Assembly (NCBI RefSeq): GCF_963921235.1
Contig: NC_086108.1
Coordinates: 116,314,001 to 116,378,000, forward strand
Reading direction: 5' to 3'
DNA: 64,000 nucleotides
DNA from: Mobula hypostoma
Lineage: Eukaryota
The notes under the pieces are model-generated. The model did not search any database. It was not told where the DNA came from and was given only the letters and a program-made list of their open reading frames with translations. Below are positions 1 to 13,499 of this stretch, piece by piece. The translations under genes and the position numbers were made by a program. Within the stretch, counting starts at the first letter, position 1. Every line of letters begins with the position of its first letter.

Positions 1-610
1 ACAGGGATGTGGGATGATGGGTTTCAGAGACACACAGGGATGTGGTGTGATGGAGAGTTTCAGAGACACACAGGGATGTGGGATGATGGGTTTCAGAGAC
101 ACCCAGGGATGTGGGGTGATGGGTTTCAGAGACACACAGGGTTGTGGGGTGATGGAGAGGTTCAGAGATATACAGGGATGTGGGGTGATGGGTTTCAGAG
201 ACACACAGTGATGTGGGGTGATGGATTTGAGACATACATGGATGTGGGGTGATGGGTTTCGGAGACACACAGAGATGTGGGGTTATGCTGGGTTTCGGAG
301 ACACACAGGGATATGGGGTTCTGGGTTTCAGAGACACACAGGGATGTGGGGTGATGGGTTTGAGACATACAGGGATGTGGGGTGATGGGTTTCAGAGACA
401 CACAGGGATATGGGGTTCTGGGTTTCAGAGACACACAGGGATGTGGGGTGATGGAGAGTTTCAGAGATACACAGGGATATGGGGTGATGGGTTTCAGAGA
501 CACACAGGGATGTGGTGTGATGGAGAGTTTCAGAGACACACAGGGATTTGGGATGATGGGTTTCAGAGACACCCAGGGATGTGGGGTGATGGGTTTCAGA
601 GACACACAGG

Positions 611-3600
611 GTTGTGGGGTGATGGAGAGGTTCAGAGACATACAGGGATGTGGGGTGATGGGTTTCAGAGACACACAGGGATGTGGGGTGATGGATTTGA
701 GACATACATGGATGTGGGGTGATGGGTTTCGGAGACACACAGAGATGTGGGGTTATGCTGGGTTTCGGAGACACACAGGGATATGGGGTTCTGGGTTTCA
801 GAGACACACAGGGATGTGGGGTGATGGGTTTGAGACATACAGGGATGTGGGGTGATGGGTTTCAGAGACACACAGGGATATGGGGTTCTGGGTTTCAGAG
901 ACACACAGGGATGTGGAGTGATGGTCGCTTTCAGAGACACACAGGGATGTGGGGTGATGGAGGTTTTCAGAGACAACACAGTGATGTAGTGTGATGGGTT
1001 TCAGAGACACCCAGGGATGTGGGGTCATGGGTTTCAGAGACACACAGGGTTGTGGGGTAATGGAGAGGTTCAGAGACACACAGGGATGTGGGGTGATGGG
1101 TTTCAGAGAAACACTGGGATGTACGGTGATGGACGGTTTCAGAGACAACACAGTGATGTAGTGTGATGGGTTTCAGAGACATACAGGTATGTGGGGTGAT
1201 GGAGGGTTTCAGAGACACACAGCGATATGGGGTGATGCTGGGTTTCAGAGACATACAGGGATGTGGGGAGATAGACGGTTTCAGAGACACACAGGGATGT
1301 GGGGTGATGGGTTTGAGACATACAGGGATGTGGGGTGATGGGTTTCACAGGCATACAGAGATGTGGGGTGATGGAGGGTTTCAGAGACACACAGGGATGT
1401 GGGCAGATGGAGGGTTTCAGAGACACACTGGGATTGTGAGGTGATGGTGGGTTTCAGAGACACACAGGGATGTGGGCAGATGGAGGGTTTCAGAGACACA
1501 CAGGGATGTGAGGTGATCGTGGGTTTCAGAGAAACACAGGGATGTGGGGTGATGGTGGGTTTCAGAGACACACAGGGATGTGAGGTAATGGAGAGTTTCA
1601 GAGACACACAGGGATGTGGGGTGATGGGTTTCAGTGACACACAGGGATGTGGGCATATGGAGGGTCTCAGAGACACACAGGGATGTGAGGTGATGGTGGG
1701 TTTCAGAGAAACACAGGGATGTGGGGTGATGGGTTTCAGAGACACACAAGGATGTGAGGTGATGGGTTTCATAGACACACAGGGATGTGGGGTGATGGTG
1801 TTTTTCCTAAACACACAGGGATGCGGGGTGATCAAGATTTCAAGAGACACACAGGGACGTGGGGTGATTGTGTGTTTCAGAGGCACCCAGGGATGTGGGG
1901 TGATGGGTTTCAGAGAAACACAGGGATGTGGGGTGATGGTGGGTTTCAGAGACACACAGGGATGTGGGGTGATGGGTTTCAGAGACACACAGTGATGTGG
2001 GATGATGGTCAGTTTCAGAGACACCCAGGGATGTGGGGTTATTGTGGGTTTCAGAGAAACACAGGGATGTGGGGTGATGGGTTTCCGTGTCACACAGGGA
2101 TGTGTCATGATGGTGGGTTTCAGAGTCACTCACGGATGTGGGGTGATGGATTTCAGAGACACACAGGTATGTGAGGTGATGGGTTTCATAGACACACAGG
2201 GATGTGGGGTGATGGTGTTTTTCCGAGACACACAGGGATGCGGGGTTATCGAGATTTTCAGAGACACACAGGGACGTGGGATGATTGTGTGTTTCAGAGG
2301 CACCCAGGGATGTGGGGTGATGGGTTTCAGGGAAACACAGGGATGTGGAGTGATGGTGGGTTTCAGAGACACACAGGGATGTGGGGTGATGGGTTTCAGA
2401 GACACACAGCGATGTGGGATGATGGTCGGTTTCAGAGACACCCAGGGGTGTGGGGTTATGGTGGGGTTATGGTGGGTTTCAGAGAGACACAGGGATGTCG
2501 GGTGATGAGTTTCAGAGGCTCACTGGGGTGTGGGCTGATGGTGTGTTTCAGAGACACACAGGGATGTGGGGTGATGGTGGGTTTCAGAGTCACTCAGGGA
2601 TGTGGGGTGATGGCGTTCAGAGACACACAGGGATGTGGGGTGATGGTGGGTTTCAGAGACACACAGGGATATGGGGTGATGGGTTTCAGAGACACACAGG
2701 GATGTGGTGTGATGGAGAGTTTCAGAGACACACAGGGATGTGGGATGATGGGTTTCAGAGACACACAGGGATGTGGTGTGATGGAGAGTTTCAGAGACAC
2801 ACAGGGATGTGGGATGATGGGTTTCAGAGACACCCAGGGATGTGGGGTGATGGGTTTCAGAGACACACAGGGTTGTGGGGTGATGGAGAGGTTCAGAGAC
2901 ATACAGGGATGTGGGGTGATGGGTTTCAGAGACACACAGTGATGTGGGGTGATGGATTTGAGACATACATGGATGTGGGGTGATGGGTTTCGGAGACACA
3001 CAGAGATGTGGGGTTATGCTGGGTTTCGGAGACACACAGGGATATGGGGTTCTGGGTTTCAGAGACACACAGGGATGTGGGGTGATGGGTTTGAGACATA
3101 CAGGGATGTGGGGTGATGGGTTTCAGAGACACACAGGGATATGGGGTTCTGGGTTTCAGAGACACACAGGGATGTGTGGTGATGGGTTTGAGACATACAG
3201 GGATGTGGGGTGATGGGTTTCAGAGACACACAGGCATATGGGGTTCTGGGTTTCGGAGACACACAGGGATATGGGGTTCTGGGTTTCAGAGACACACAGG
3301 GATGTGGGGTGATGGGTTTGAGACATACAGGGATGTGGGGTGATGGGTTTCAGAGACACACAGGGATATGGGGTTCTGGGTTTCAGAGACACACAGGGAT
3401 GTGTGGTGATGGAGAGTTTCAGAGATACACAGGGATATGGGGTGATGGGTTTCAGAGACACACAGGAATGTGGTGTGATGGAGAGTTTCAGAGACACACA
3501 GGGATTTGGGATGATGGGTTTCAGAGACACCCAGGGATGTGGGGTGATGGGTTTCAGAGACACACAGGGTTGTGGGGTGATGGAGAGGTTCAGAGACATA

Positions 3601-6600
3601 CAGGGATGTGGGGTGATGGGTTTCAGAGACACACAGGGATGTGGGGTGATGGATTTGAGACATACATGGATGTGGGGTGATGGGTTTCGGAGACACACAG
3701 AGATGTGGGGTTATGCTGGGTTTCGGAGACACACAGGGATATGGGGTTCTGGGTTTCAGAGACACACAGGGATGTGGGGTGATGGGTTTGAGACATACAA
3801 GGATGTGGGGTGATGGGTTTCAGAGACACACAGGGATATGGGGTTCTGGGTTTCAGAGACACACAGGGATGTGGAGTGATGGTCGCTTTCAGAGACACAC
3901 AGGGATGTGGGGTGATGGAGGTTTTCAGAGACAACACAGTGATGTAGTGTGATGGGTTTCAGAGACACCCAGGGATGTGGGGTCATGGGTTTCAGAGACA
4001 CACAGGGTTGTGGGGTAATGGAGAGGTTCAGAGACACACAGGGATGTGGGGTGATGGGTTTCAGAGAAACACGGGGATGTACGGTGATGGACGGTTTCAG
4101 AGACAACACAGTGATGTAGTGTGATGGGTTTCAGAGACATACAGGTATGTGGGGTGATGGAGGGTTTCAGAGACACACAGCGATATGGGGTGATGCTGGG
4201 TTTCAGAGACATACAGGGATGTGGGGAGATAGACGGTTTCAGAGACACACAGGGATGTGGGGTGATGGGTTTGAGACATACAGGGATGTGGGGTGATGGG
4301 TTTCACAGGCATACAGAGATGTGGGGTGATGGAGGGTTTCAGAGACACACAGGGATGTGGGCAGATGGAGGGTTTCAGAGACACACTGGGATTGTGAGGT
4401 GATGGTGGGTTTCAGAGACACACAGGGATGTGGGCAGATGGAGGGTTTCAGAGACACACAGGGATGTGAGGTGATCGTGGGTTTCAGAGAAACACAGGGA
4501 TGTGGGGTGATGGTGGGTTTCAGAGACACACAGGGATGTGAGGTAATGGAGAGTTTCAGAGACACACAGGGATGTGGGGTGATGGAGAGGTTCAGAGACA
4601 TACAGGGATGTGGGGTGATGGGTTTCAGAGACACACAGGGATGTGGGGTGATGGATTTGAGACATACATGGATGTGGGGTGATGGGTTTCGGAGACACAC
4701 AGAGATGTGGGGTTATGCTGGGTTTCGGAGACACACAGGGATATGGGCTTCTGGGTTTCAGAGACACACAGGGATGTGGGGTGATGGGTTTGAGACATAC
4801 AAGGATGTGGGGTGATGGGTTTCAGAGACACACAGGGATATGGGGTTCTGGGTTTCAGAGACACACAGGGATGTGGAGTGATGGTCGCTTTCAGAGACAC
4901 ACAGGGATGTGGGGTGATGGAGGTTTTCAGAGACAACACAGTGATGTAGTGTGATGGGTTTCAGAGACACCCAGGGATGTGGGGTCATGGGTTTCAGAGA
5001 CACACAGGGTTGTGGGGTAATGGAGAGGTTCAGAGACACACAGGGATGTGGGGTGATGGGTTTCAGAGAAACACGGGGATGTACGGTGATGGACGGTTTC
5101 AGAGACAACACAGTGATGTAGTGTGATGGGTTTCAGAGACATACAGGTATGTGGGGTGATGGAGGGTTTCAGAGACACACAGCGATATGGGGTGATGCTG
5201 GGTTTCAGAGACATACAGGGATGTGGGGAGATAGACGGTTTCAGAGACACACAGGGATGTGGGGTGATGGGTTTGAGACATACAGGGATGTGGGGTGATG
5301 GGTTTCACAGGCATACAGAGATGTGGGGTGATGGAGGGTTTCAGAGACACACAGGGATGTGGGCAGATGGAGGGTTTCAGAGACACACTGGGATTGTGAG
5401 GTGATGGTGGGTTTCAGAGACACACAGGGATGTGGGCAGATGGAGGGTTTCAGAGACACACAGGGATGTGAGGTGATCGTGGGTTTCAGAGAAACACAGG
5501 GATGTGGGGTGATGGTGGGTTTCAGAGACACACAGGGATGTGAGGTAATGGAGAGTTTCAGAGACACACAGGGATGTGGGGTGATGGGTTTCAGTGACAC
5601 ACAGGGATGTGGGCATATGGAGGGTCTCAGAGACACACAGGGATGTGAGGTGATGGTGGGTTTCAGAGAAACACAGGGATGTGGGGTGATGGGTTTCAGA
5701 GACACACAAGGATGTGAGGTGATGGGTTTCATAGACACACAGGGATGTGGGGTGATGGTGTTTTTCCTAAACACACAGGGATGCGGGGTGATCAAGATTT
5801 CAAGAGACACACAGGGACGTGGGGTGATTGTGTGTTTCAGAGGCACCCAGGGATGTGGGGTGATGGGTTTCAGAGAAACACAGGGATGTGGGGTGATGGT
5901 GGGTTTCAGAGACACACAGGGATGTGGGGTGATGGGTTTCAGAGACACACAGTGATGTGGGATGATGGTCAGTTTCAGAGACACCCAGGGATGTGGGGTT
6001 ATTGTGGGTTTCAGAGAAACACAGGGATGTGGGGTGATGGGTTTCCGTGTCACACAGGGATGTGTCATGATGGTGGGTTTCAGAGTCACTCACGGATGTG
6101 GGGTGATGGATTTCAGAGACACACAGGTATGTGAGGTGATGGGTTTCATAGACACACAGGGATGTGGGGTGATGGTGTTTTTCCGAGACACACAGGGATG
6201 CGGGGTTATCGAGATTTTCAGAGACACACAGGGACGTGGGATGATTGTGTGTTTCAGAGGCACCCAGGGATGTGGGGTGATGGGTTTCAGGGAAACACAG
6301 GGATGTGGAGTGATGGTGGGTTTCAGAGACACACAGGGATGTGGGGTGATGGGTTTCAGAGACACACAGCGATGTGGGATGATGGTCGGTTTCAGAGACA
6401 CCCAGGGCTGTGGGGTTATGGTGGGGTTATGGTGGGTTTCAGAGAGACACAGGGATGTCGGGTGATGAGTTTCAGAGGCTCACTGGGGTGTGGGCTGATG
6501 GTGTGTTTCAGAGACACACAGGGATGTGGGGTGATGGTGGGTTTCAGAGTCACACAGGGATGTGGGGTGATGGCGTTCAGAGACACACAGGGATGTGGGG

Positions 6601-8225
6601 TGATGGTGGGTTTCAGAGACACACAGGGATATGGGGTGATGGGTTTCAGAGACACACAGGGATGTGGTGTGATGGAGAGTTTCAGAGACACACAGGGATG
6701 TGGGATGATGGGTTTCAGAGACACACAGGGATGTGGTGTGATGGAGAGTTTCAGAGACACACAGGGATGTGGGATGATGGGTTTCAGAGACACCCAGGGA
6801 TGTGGGGTGATGGGTTTCAGAGACACACAGGGTTGTGGGGTGATGGAGAGGTTCAGAGACATACAGGGATGTGGGGTGATGGGTTTCAGAGACACACAGT
6901 GATGTGGGGTGATGGATTTGAGACATACATGGATGTGGGGTGATGGGTTTCGGAGACACACAGAGATGTGTTATGCTGGGTTTCGGAGACACACAGGGAT
7001 ATGGGGTTCTGGGTTTCAGAGACACACAGGGATGTGGGGTGATGGGTTTGAGACATACAGGGATGTGGGGTGATGGGTTTCAGAGACACACAGGGATATG
7101 GGGTTCTGGGTTTCAGAGACACACAGGGATGTGTGGTGATGGGTTTGAGACATACAGGGATGTGGGGTGATGGGTTTCAGAGACACACAGGCATATGGGG
7201 TTCTGGGTTTCGGAGACACACAGGGATATGGGGTTCTGGGTTTCAGAGACACACAGGGATGTGGGGTGATGGGTTTGAGACATACAGGGATGTGGGGTGA
7301 TGGGTTTCAGAGACACACAGGGATATGGGGTTCTGGGTTTCAGAGACACACAGGGATGTGTGGTGATGGAGAGTTTCAGAGATACACAGGGATATGGGGT
7401 GATGGGTTTCAGAGACACACAGGAATGTGGTGTGATGGAGAGTTTCAGAGACACACAGGGATTTGGGATGATGGGTTTCAGAGACACCCAGGGATGTGGG
7501 GTGATGGGTTTCAGAGACACACAGGGTTGTGGGGTGATGGAGAGGTTCAGAGACATACAGGGATGTGGGGTGATGGGTTTCAGAGACACACAGGGATGTG
7601 GGGTGATGGATTTGAGACATACATGGATGTGGGGTGATGGGTTTCGGAGACACACAGAGATGTGGGGTTATGCTGGGTTTCGGAGACACACAGGGATATG
7701 GGGTTCTGGGTTTCAGAGACACACAGGGATGTGGGGTGATGGGTTTGAGACATACAGGGATGTGGGGTGATGGGTTTCAGAGACACACAGGGATATGGGG
7801 TTCTGGGTTTCAGAGACACACAGGGATGTGGAGTGATGGTCGCTTTCAGAGACACACAGGGATGTGGGGTGATGGAGGTTTTCAGAGACAACACAGTGAT
7901 GTAGTGTGATGGGTTTCAGAGACACCCAGGGATGTGGGGTCATGGGTTTCAGAGACACACAGGGTTGTGGGGTAATGGAGAGGTTCAGAGACACACAGGG
8001 ATGTGGGGTGATGGGTTTCAGAGAAACACGGGGATGTACGGTGATGGACGGTTTCAGAGACAACACAGTGATGTAGTGTGATGGGTTTCAGAGACATACA
8101 GGTATGTGGGGTGATGGAGGGTTTCAGAGACACACGGCGATATGGGGTGATGCTGGGTTTCAGAGACATACAGGGATGTGGGGAGATAGACGGTTTCAGA
8201 GACACACAGGGATGTGGGGTGATGG
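611..8225 (+). repeat. Higher-order duplication: about 611-4268 repeated at about 4571-8225 (offset 3960/3957 = 2958 + 1002)
   Basis: Identical ORF translations at fixed offsets: 1281/5241, 1399/5359 and 2002/5962 (3960); 3340/7297 (3957, after a 3-nt deletion near 6970). 665/3623 gives 2958 and 3623/4625 gives 1002. Confidence 0.88.
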
Positions 8226-10359
8226 TGGGTTTCAGAGACACTCAGGGATGTGGGATGATGGACAGTTTCCGAGACACACAGTGATGTGGTGTGATCGTGG
8301 GTTTCAGAGACACACAGGGATGTGGGGTGATGGGTTTGAGACATACAGGAATGTGGGGTGATGGGTTTCAGAGGCACACAGGGATGTACGGTGATGGGTT
8401 TCAGAGACACACAGGGATGTGGGGTGATGGGTTTGAGACATACAGGGATGTGGGGTGATGGGTTTCAGAGGCACACAGGGATGTAGGGTGATGGGTTTCA
8501 GAGTCACCCATTGATGTGTGGTGGTAGGTTTCAGAGACACACAGGGTTGTGGGTGATTGGGAGGTTCAGAGACACGCAGGGATGTGGGGTGATGGGTTTC
8601 CGAGAAATACAGGGATGCGGGGTGATGGAGGGTTTCAGAGACAAAACAGTGATGTAGTGTGATGGGTTTCAGAGACATTCAGGGATGAGGGGTGATGGAG
8701 GGTTTCAGAGACACACAGGGATGTGAGGTGTTGGTGGGTTTCAGAGACACACAGGGATGTAGGGTGATGGTGGGTTTCAGAGATACACAGGGATGTTGGG
8801 TGATGGTGGGTTTCAGAGACACACAGGGATGTGGGGTGATGGGTTTCAGAGGCACACAGGGATGTGGGTTGATGGGTTTCAGAGACACTATGGGATGTTG
8901 GGTGATGGTGGGTTTCAGAGACACTATGGGATGTGGGGTGATGGTGGGTTGGGTTTCTGAGACACACAGGGATGTGGGGTGATGGGTTCCAGAGACACCC
9001 AGGGATGTGGGGTGATGTGTTTCCTAGACACACAGAGTTGTGTTGTGATGGAGAGGTTCAGAGACACACAGGGATGTGTCGTGATGGGTTTCAGAGACAC
9101 ACAGGGATGTGGGGTGATGGGTTTCAGAGAAACACAGGGATGTGGGGTGATGGGTTTCGGTGTCACACAGGGATGTGTCATGATGGTGGGTTTCAGAGTC
9201 ACTCACGGATGTGGGGTGATGGATTTCAGATACACACAGGTATGTGAGGTGATGGGTTTCATAGACACACAGGGATGTGGGGTGATGGTGTTTTTCCGAG
9301 ACACACGGGGATGCGGGGTTATCGAGATTTTCAGAGACACACAGGGACGTGGGATGATTGTGTGTTTCAGAGGCACCCAGGGATGTGGGGTGATGGGTTT
9401 CAGAGAAACACAGGGATGTGGGGTGATGGTGGGTTTCAGAGACACACAGGGATGTGGGGTGATGGGTTTCAGAGACACACAGCGATGTGGGGTTATGGTG
9501 GGGTTATGGTGGGTTTCAGAGAGACACAGGGATGTCGGGTGATGAGTTTCAGAGGCTCACTGGGGTGTGGGCTGATGGTGTGTTTCAGAGACACACAGGG
9601 ATGTGGGGTGATGGTGGGTTTCAGAGTCACACAGGGATGTGGGGTGATGGCGTTCAGAGACACACAGGGATGTGGGGTGATGGTGGGTTTCAGAGACACA
9701 CAGGGATGTGGGGTGATGGGTTTCAGAGACACACAGCGATGTGGGGTTATGGTGGGTTTCAGAGAGACACAGGGATGTCGGGTGATGAGTTTCAGAGGCT
9801 CACTGGGGTGTGGGCTGATGGTGTGTTTCAGAGAAACACAGGGATGTGGGGTGATGGTGTGTTTCAGAGTCACACAGGGATGTGGGGTGATGGCGTTCAG
9901 AGACACACAGGGATGTGGGGTGATGGGTTTCAGAGACACACAGGGATGTGGTGTGATGGAGAGTTTCAGAGACACACAGGGATGTGGGATGATGGGTTTC
10001 AGAGACACACAGGGATGTGGTGTGATGGAGAGTTTCAGAGACACACAGGGATGTGGGGTGATGGGTTTCAGAGACACACAGGGATGTGGTGTGATGGAGA
10101 GTTTCAGAGACACACAGGGATGTGGGGTGATGGTGAGTTTCAGAGACACTCAGGGATGTGGGGTGATGGTGGGTTTCAGAGTCACACAGGGATGTGGGGT
10201 GAAGGCGTTCAGAGACACACAGGGATGTGGGGTGATGGTGGGTTTCAGAGACACACAGGGATGTGGGGTGATGGGTTTCAGAGACACACAGGGATGTGGT
10301 GTGATGGAGAGTTTCAGAGACACACAGGGATGTGGGATGATGGGTTTCAGAGACACCCA

Positions 10360-11570
10360 GGGATGTGGGGTGATGGGTTTCAGAGACACACAGGGATGTG
10401 GGGTGATGGATTTGAGACATACATGGATGTGGGGTGATGGGTTTCGGAGACACACAGAGATGTGGGGTTATGCTGGGTTTCGGAGACACACAGGGATATG
10501 GGGTTCTGGGTTTCAGAGACACACAGGGATGTGGGGTGATGGGTTTGAGACATACAGGGATGTGGGGTGATGGGTTTCAGAGACACACAGGGATATGGGG
10601 TTCTGGGTTTCAGAGACACACAGGGATGTGGGTTGATGGAGAGTTTCAGAGATACACAGGGATGTGGGGTGATGGGTTTCAGAGACACACAGGGATGTGG
10701 TGTGATGGAGAGTTTCAGAGACACACAGGGATGTGGGATGATGGGTTTCAGAGACACCCAGGGATGTGGGGTGATGGGTTTCAGAGACACACAGGGTTGT
10801 GGGGTGATGGAGAGGTTCAGAGACATACAGGGATGTGGGCTGATGGGTTTCAGAGACACACAGGGATGTGGGGTGATGGATTTGAGACATACATGGATGT
10901 GGGGTGATGGGTTTCGGAGACACACAGAGATGTGCGGTTATGCTGGGTTTCGGAGACACACAGGGATATGGGGTTCTGGGTTTCGGAGACACACAGGGAT
11001 GTGGGGTGATGGGTTTGAGACATACAGGGATGTGGGGTGATGGGTTTCAGAGACACACAGGGATATGGGGTTCTGGGTTTCAGAGACACACAGGGATGTG
11101 GGGTGATGGAGAGTTTCAGAGATACACAGGGATGTGGGGTGATGGGTTTCAGAGACACACAGGGATGTGGTGTGATGGAGAGTTTCAGAGACACACAGGG
11201 ATGTGGGATGATGGGTTTCAGAGACACCCAGGGATGTGGGGTGGTGGGTTTCAGAGACACACAGGGTTGTGGGGTGATGGAGAGGTTCAGAGACATACAG
11301 GGATGTGGGCTGATGGGTTTCAGAGACACACAGGGATGTGGGGTGATGGATTTGAGACATACATGGATGTGGGGTGATGGGTTTCGGAGACACACAGAGA
11401 TGTGCGGTTATGCTGGGTTTCGGAGACACACAGGGATATGGGGTTCTGGGTTTCAGAGACACACAGGGATGTGGGGTGATGGGTTTGAGACATACAGGGA
11501 TGTGGGGTGATGGGTTTCAGAGACACACAGGGATATGGGGTTCTGGGTTTCAGAGACACACAGGGATGTG
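10360..11570 (+). repeat. 470-bp higher-order repeat, about 2.5 tandem copies
   Basis: ORF starts 10380/10850/11320 and 10434/10904/11374 are spaced exactly 470 bp apart. The same period appears at 195/665 and 249/719. Confidence 0.88.
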
Positions 11571-12782
11571 GAGTGATGGTCGCTTTCAGAGACACACAGG
11601 GATGTGGGGTGATGGAGGTTTTCAGAGACAACACAGTGATGTAGTGTGATGGGTTTCAGAGACACCCAGGGATGTGGGGTCATGGGTTTCAGAGACACAC
11701 AGTGTTGTGGGGTGATGGAGAGGTTCAGAGACACACAGGGATGTGGGGAGATGGGTTTCAGAGAAACACGGGGATGTAGGGTGATGGACGGTTTCAGAGA
11801 CAACACAGTGATGTAGTGTGATGGGTTTCAGAGACATACAGGTATGTGGGGTTATGGTGGGTTTCAGAGAGACACAGGGATGTGGGGTGATGAGTTTCAG
11901 AGACTCACTGCGGTGTGGGCTGATGGTGTGTTTCAGAGACACACAGGGATCTGGGGTGATGGTGGGTTTCAGAGTCACACTGGGATGTGGGGTGATGGCG
12001 TTCAGAGACACACAGGGATGTGGGGTGATGGTAGGTTTCAGAGACACACAGGGATGTGGGTTGATGGGTTTCAGAGACACACAGGGATGTGGTGTGATGG
12101 AGAGTTTCAGAGACACACAGGGATGTGGGATGATGGGTTTCAGAGACACACAGGGTTGTGGGGTGATGGAGAGGTTCAGAGACACACAGGGATGTGGGGT
12201 GATTACTTACAGAGACAGACAGGGATGTGGGCAGATGGAGGGTTTCAGAGACACACAGTGATATGGGGTGTTGGTGGGTTTCAGAGACACTCAGGGATGT
12301 GGGTGATGGTGGGTTTCAGAGACACAGCGATGTGGGGTGATGGTGGGTTTCAGAGACACACAGGGATGTGGGGTGATGGGTTTCAGAGACACACAGCGAT
12401 GTGGGATGATGGTCGGATTCAGAGACACCCAGGGATATGGGGTGATGGTCGCTTTCAGAGACACACAGGGATGTAGGGTTATGGTGGGTTTCAGAGAGAC
12501 ACAGGGATGTGGGGTGATGAGTTTCAGAGACTCACTGGGGTGTGGGCTGATGGTGGGTTTCAGAGACACACAGGGATGTGGGGTGATGGTGGGTTTCAGA
12601 GTCACACTGGGATGTGGGGTGATGGCGTTCAGAGACACACAGGGATGTGGGGTGATGGTAGGTTTCAGAGACACACAGGGATGTGGGTTGATGGGTTTCA
12701 GAGACACACAGGGATGTGGGGTGATGGGTTTCAGAGACACACAGGGTTGTGGGGTGATGGAGAGGTTCAGAGACACACAGGG

Positions 12783-12814
12783 ATAGAAACATAGAAACAT
12801 AGAAACATAGAAAA
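12783..12814 (-). repeat. CR1 3'-terminal octamer microsatellite tail (GTTTCTAT)n
   Basis: The plus strand reads ATAGAAAC three times, then ATAGAAAA. The first AT overlaps the array's GGAT. Confidence 0.92.
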
Positions 12815-12888
12815 TAGGTGCAGGAGTAGGCCATTCGGCCCTTCGAGCCTGCACCGCCATTTATTATGATCATGGCTGATCATCCAAC
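12815..12888 (-). promoter_or_regulatory. CR1 3' UTR with stem-loops (putative RT recognition signal)
   Basis: Inverted repeat GGTGCAGG (12817-12824)/CCTGCACC (12848-12855) encloses GGCC-ATTC-GGCC (12829-12840). A second hairpin is ATGATCA-TGGC-TGATCAT (12866-12883). The function is inferred from known CR1/L2-clade 3' stem-loops. Confidence 0.75.
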
Positions 12889-13499
12889 TCAGAACCCAGC
12901 CTTCCCTCCATACCCCCTGACCCCTGTAGCCACAAGGGCCATATCTAACTTCCTTTTAAACATAGCTAATGAACTGGCCTCAACAGTTTGCTGTGGCAGA
13001 GAATTCCACAGATTCACCACTCTCTGTGTGAAGAAGTTTTTCCTAACCTCGGTCCTAAAAGGCTTCCCCTCTATCCTCAAACTGTGACCACTCGTTCTAG
13101 ACCTCCCCAACATCGGGAACAATCTTCCTGCATCTAGCCTGTCCAATCCCTTTAGGATCTTATACGTTTCAATCAGATCCCCCCTCAATCTTCTAAATTC
13201 CAACGAGTACAAGCCCAGTTCATCCAGTCTTTCTTCATATGAAAGACCTGCCATCCCAGGAATCAATCTGGTGAACCTTCTTTGTACTCCCTCTATGGCA
13301 AAGATGTCTTTCCTCAGATTAGGGGACCAAAACTGCACACAATACTCCAGGTGTGGTCTCACCAAGGCCTTGTACAACTGCAGTAGTACCTCCCTGCTCC
13401 TGTACTCGAATCCTCTCGCTATAAATGCCAGCATACCGTTCGCCTTTTTCACCGCCTGCTGTACCTGCATGCCCACTTTCAATGACTGGTGTATAATGA

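Larger units (their letters stand above)
1..12784 (+). repeat. GT-rich 33/36-bp tandem repeat array (minisatellite/satellite), left segment; runs off the window start
   Basis: Continuous head-to-tail copies of GGGTTTCAGAGACACACAGGGATGTGGGGTGAT (33 bp). 36-bp variants carry an extra GGT/GGA, and a 31-bp variant reads GGGTTTGAGACATACAGGGATGTGGGGTGAT. The array stops at ...CACACAGGGAT (12784), where the LINE tail begins. Confidence 0.98.

Noticed and set aside
9487..10437. C2H2 zinc-finger array suggested by QRHTG
   Set aside because: The period is 11-12 aa rather than 28, and there is no CxxC...HxxxH pattern or TGEKP linker.
1..12784. CRISPR array (about 33-36 bp periodicity)
   Set aside because: There are no unique spacers between repeats and no cas genes, and the vertebrate LINE shows a eukaryotic context.
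12291..12873. Minus-strand ORFs running from the LINE 3' UTR into the array
   Set aside because: Chance read-through of the UTR and tail into stop-poor repeat frames.
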